A stretch of 64,000 bases of DNA from assembly GCA_046563655.1 (NCBI GenBank), contig CM102285.1, positions 3,410,001 through 3,474,000 of the forward strand. The letters run 5' to 3'. Shown in pieces: positions 63,286 through 64,000 of this stretch. The first letter of the stretch is position 1; each line of letters starts with the position of its first letter. The notes under the pieces are model-generated. The model worked only from the letters and a program-made list of their open reading frames with translations. It was not told the DNA's origin and did not search any database. Position numbers and translations under genes: made by a program. The DNA comes from Yuukianura sp. NJ FZ-2021 (taxonomy: Eukaryota).

Positions 63286-64000
63286 GTTGACCAAAACTAG
63301 GAAACGTTAGAACAAGCTTTTCACAAAAACTTAACGGCTAGCTTTCACTTTCAGTCCAAATGCACAAGTATTTAGATGAAACTGTTAGTTACTTTGCAGC
63401 ATTTTACAAAGAAAAAATACATTTTATTTCTTCTAATTTTGATTAGAGCACAGCCTAATACAATTTTCCACTCACCGCAACTTATATTTTTTGTAAACAC
63501 TTGTTACATGCCAGTTTCGCTGCAACATGCGTCGGTTACACAAGTTAGTTTATGTTGACCACGTTAGAGGAATGTTCAGACTCGTACATTCGTAACAAAG
63601 TTGTTGTAGTTTCGGATTGAAAAGACTAGCTTTTATTCCGCAAATGACGAATGTTTGGGTAACCTAGCCTAATTTTTTGTAACTTTTGGGTGCTCTAAAA
63701 CATTGTCCTGTGACGCTTTGGTGTAGGATTTCATAATTCTACCATACAAATTGTCTATAATCCTTAAGTGACTACACTTCTTATGTAATGACGTTCTATG
63801 GGCTTTCATTGTCCTTGGCTTTTGCCTTTTAACTCTTCCATTTAAATACTCTCCATTTTAAAGCGTTGAAAATATAAACAATTGAAGTATGATTCGACCA
63901 AGGTCAATGTATTTTTTCTACGTATCATTGCATCAGTCGATCAGTCTACATATCGTCATTCTCAGTCAGTCTGAGTATTAAGAACAAAATACTTGCATAT

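Overview
Eukaryotic, AT-rich, gene-dense animal DNA with many short (about 55-100 bp) GT-AG introns, so most listed ORFs are exon fragments. The gene content (PLC-gamma, Swim/TINAGL1, SID-1-like, divergent 7TM chemoreceptor, Pvr-like Ig protein, fungal-looking enzymes) suggests an arthropod, plausibly a springtail; this is inference only. Spliced by eye, the window holds about 14 genes. In order: a ~10 kb gene for a single-chain four-repeat cyclic-nucleotide-gated channel (tetraKCNG/CNGK architecture) with four different selectivity filters; a coiled-coil gene; a GT8 glycosyltransferase; a secreted ricin-B lectin; a secreted Pvr-like Ig protein with no TM or kinase; a SID-1-like protein; a chemoreceptor; an SLC17 transporter; a small secreted Cys/Trp-rich peptide; a coiled-coil plus degenerate-FYVE protein; an F-box/LRR protein; Swim/TINAGL1; a MULE-transposase-derived Zn-finger gene; and PLC-gamma. 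Non-coding structure includes a DINE-1/HINE-like element with 289-bp repeats packed with AGGTCA motifs, a MITE family with two copies 52 kb apart, a fold-back relic, and a duplicated ~250 bp block upstream of PLC-gamma flanking GC hairpins. The top candidate for novelty is the asymmetric four-repeat CNG channel, followed by three candidate fungus-to-animal transfers. No database searches were run; family assignments come from motif recognition.
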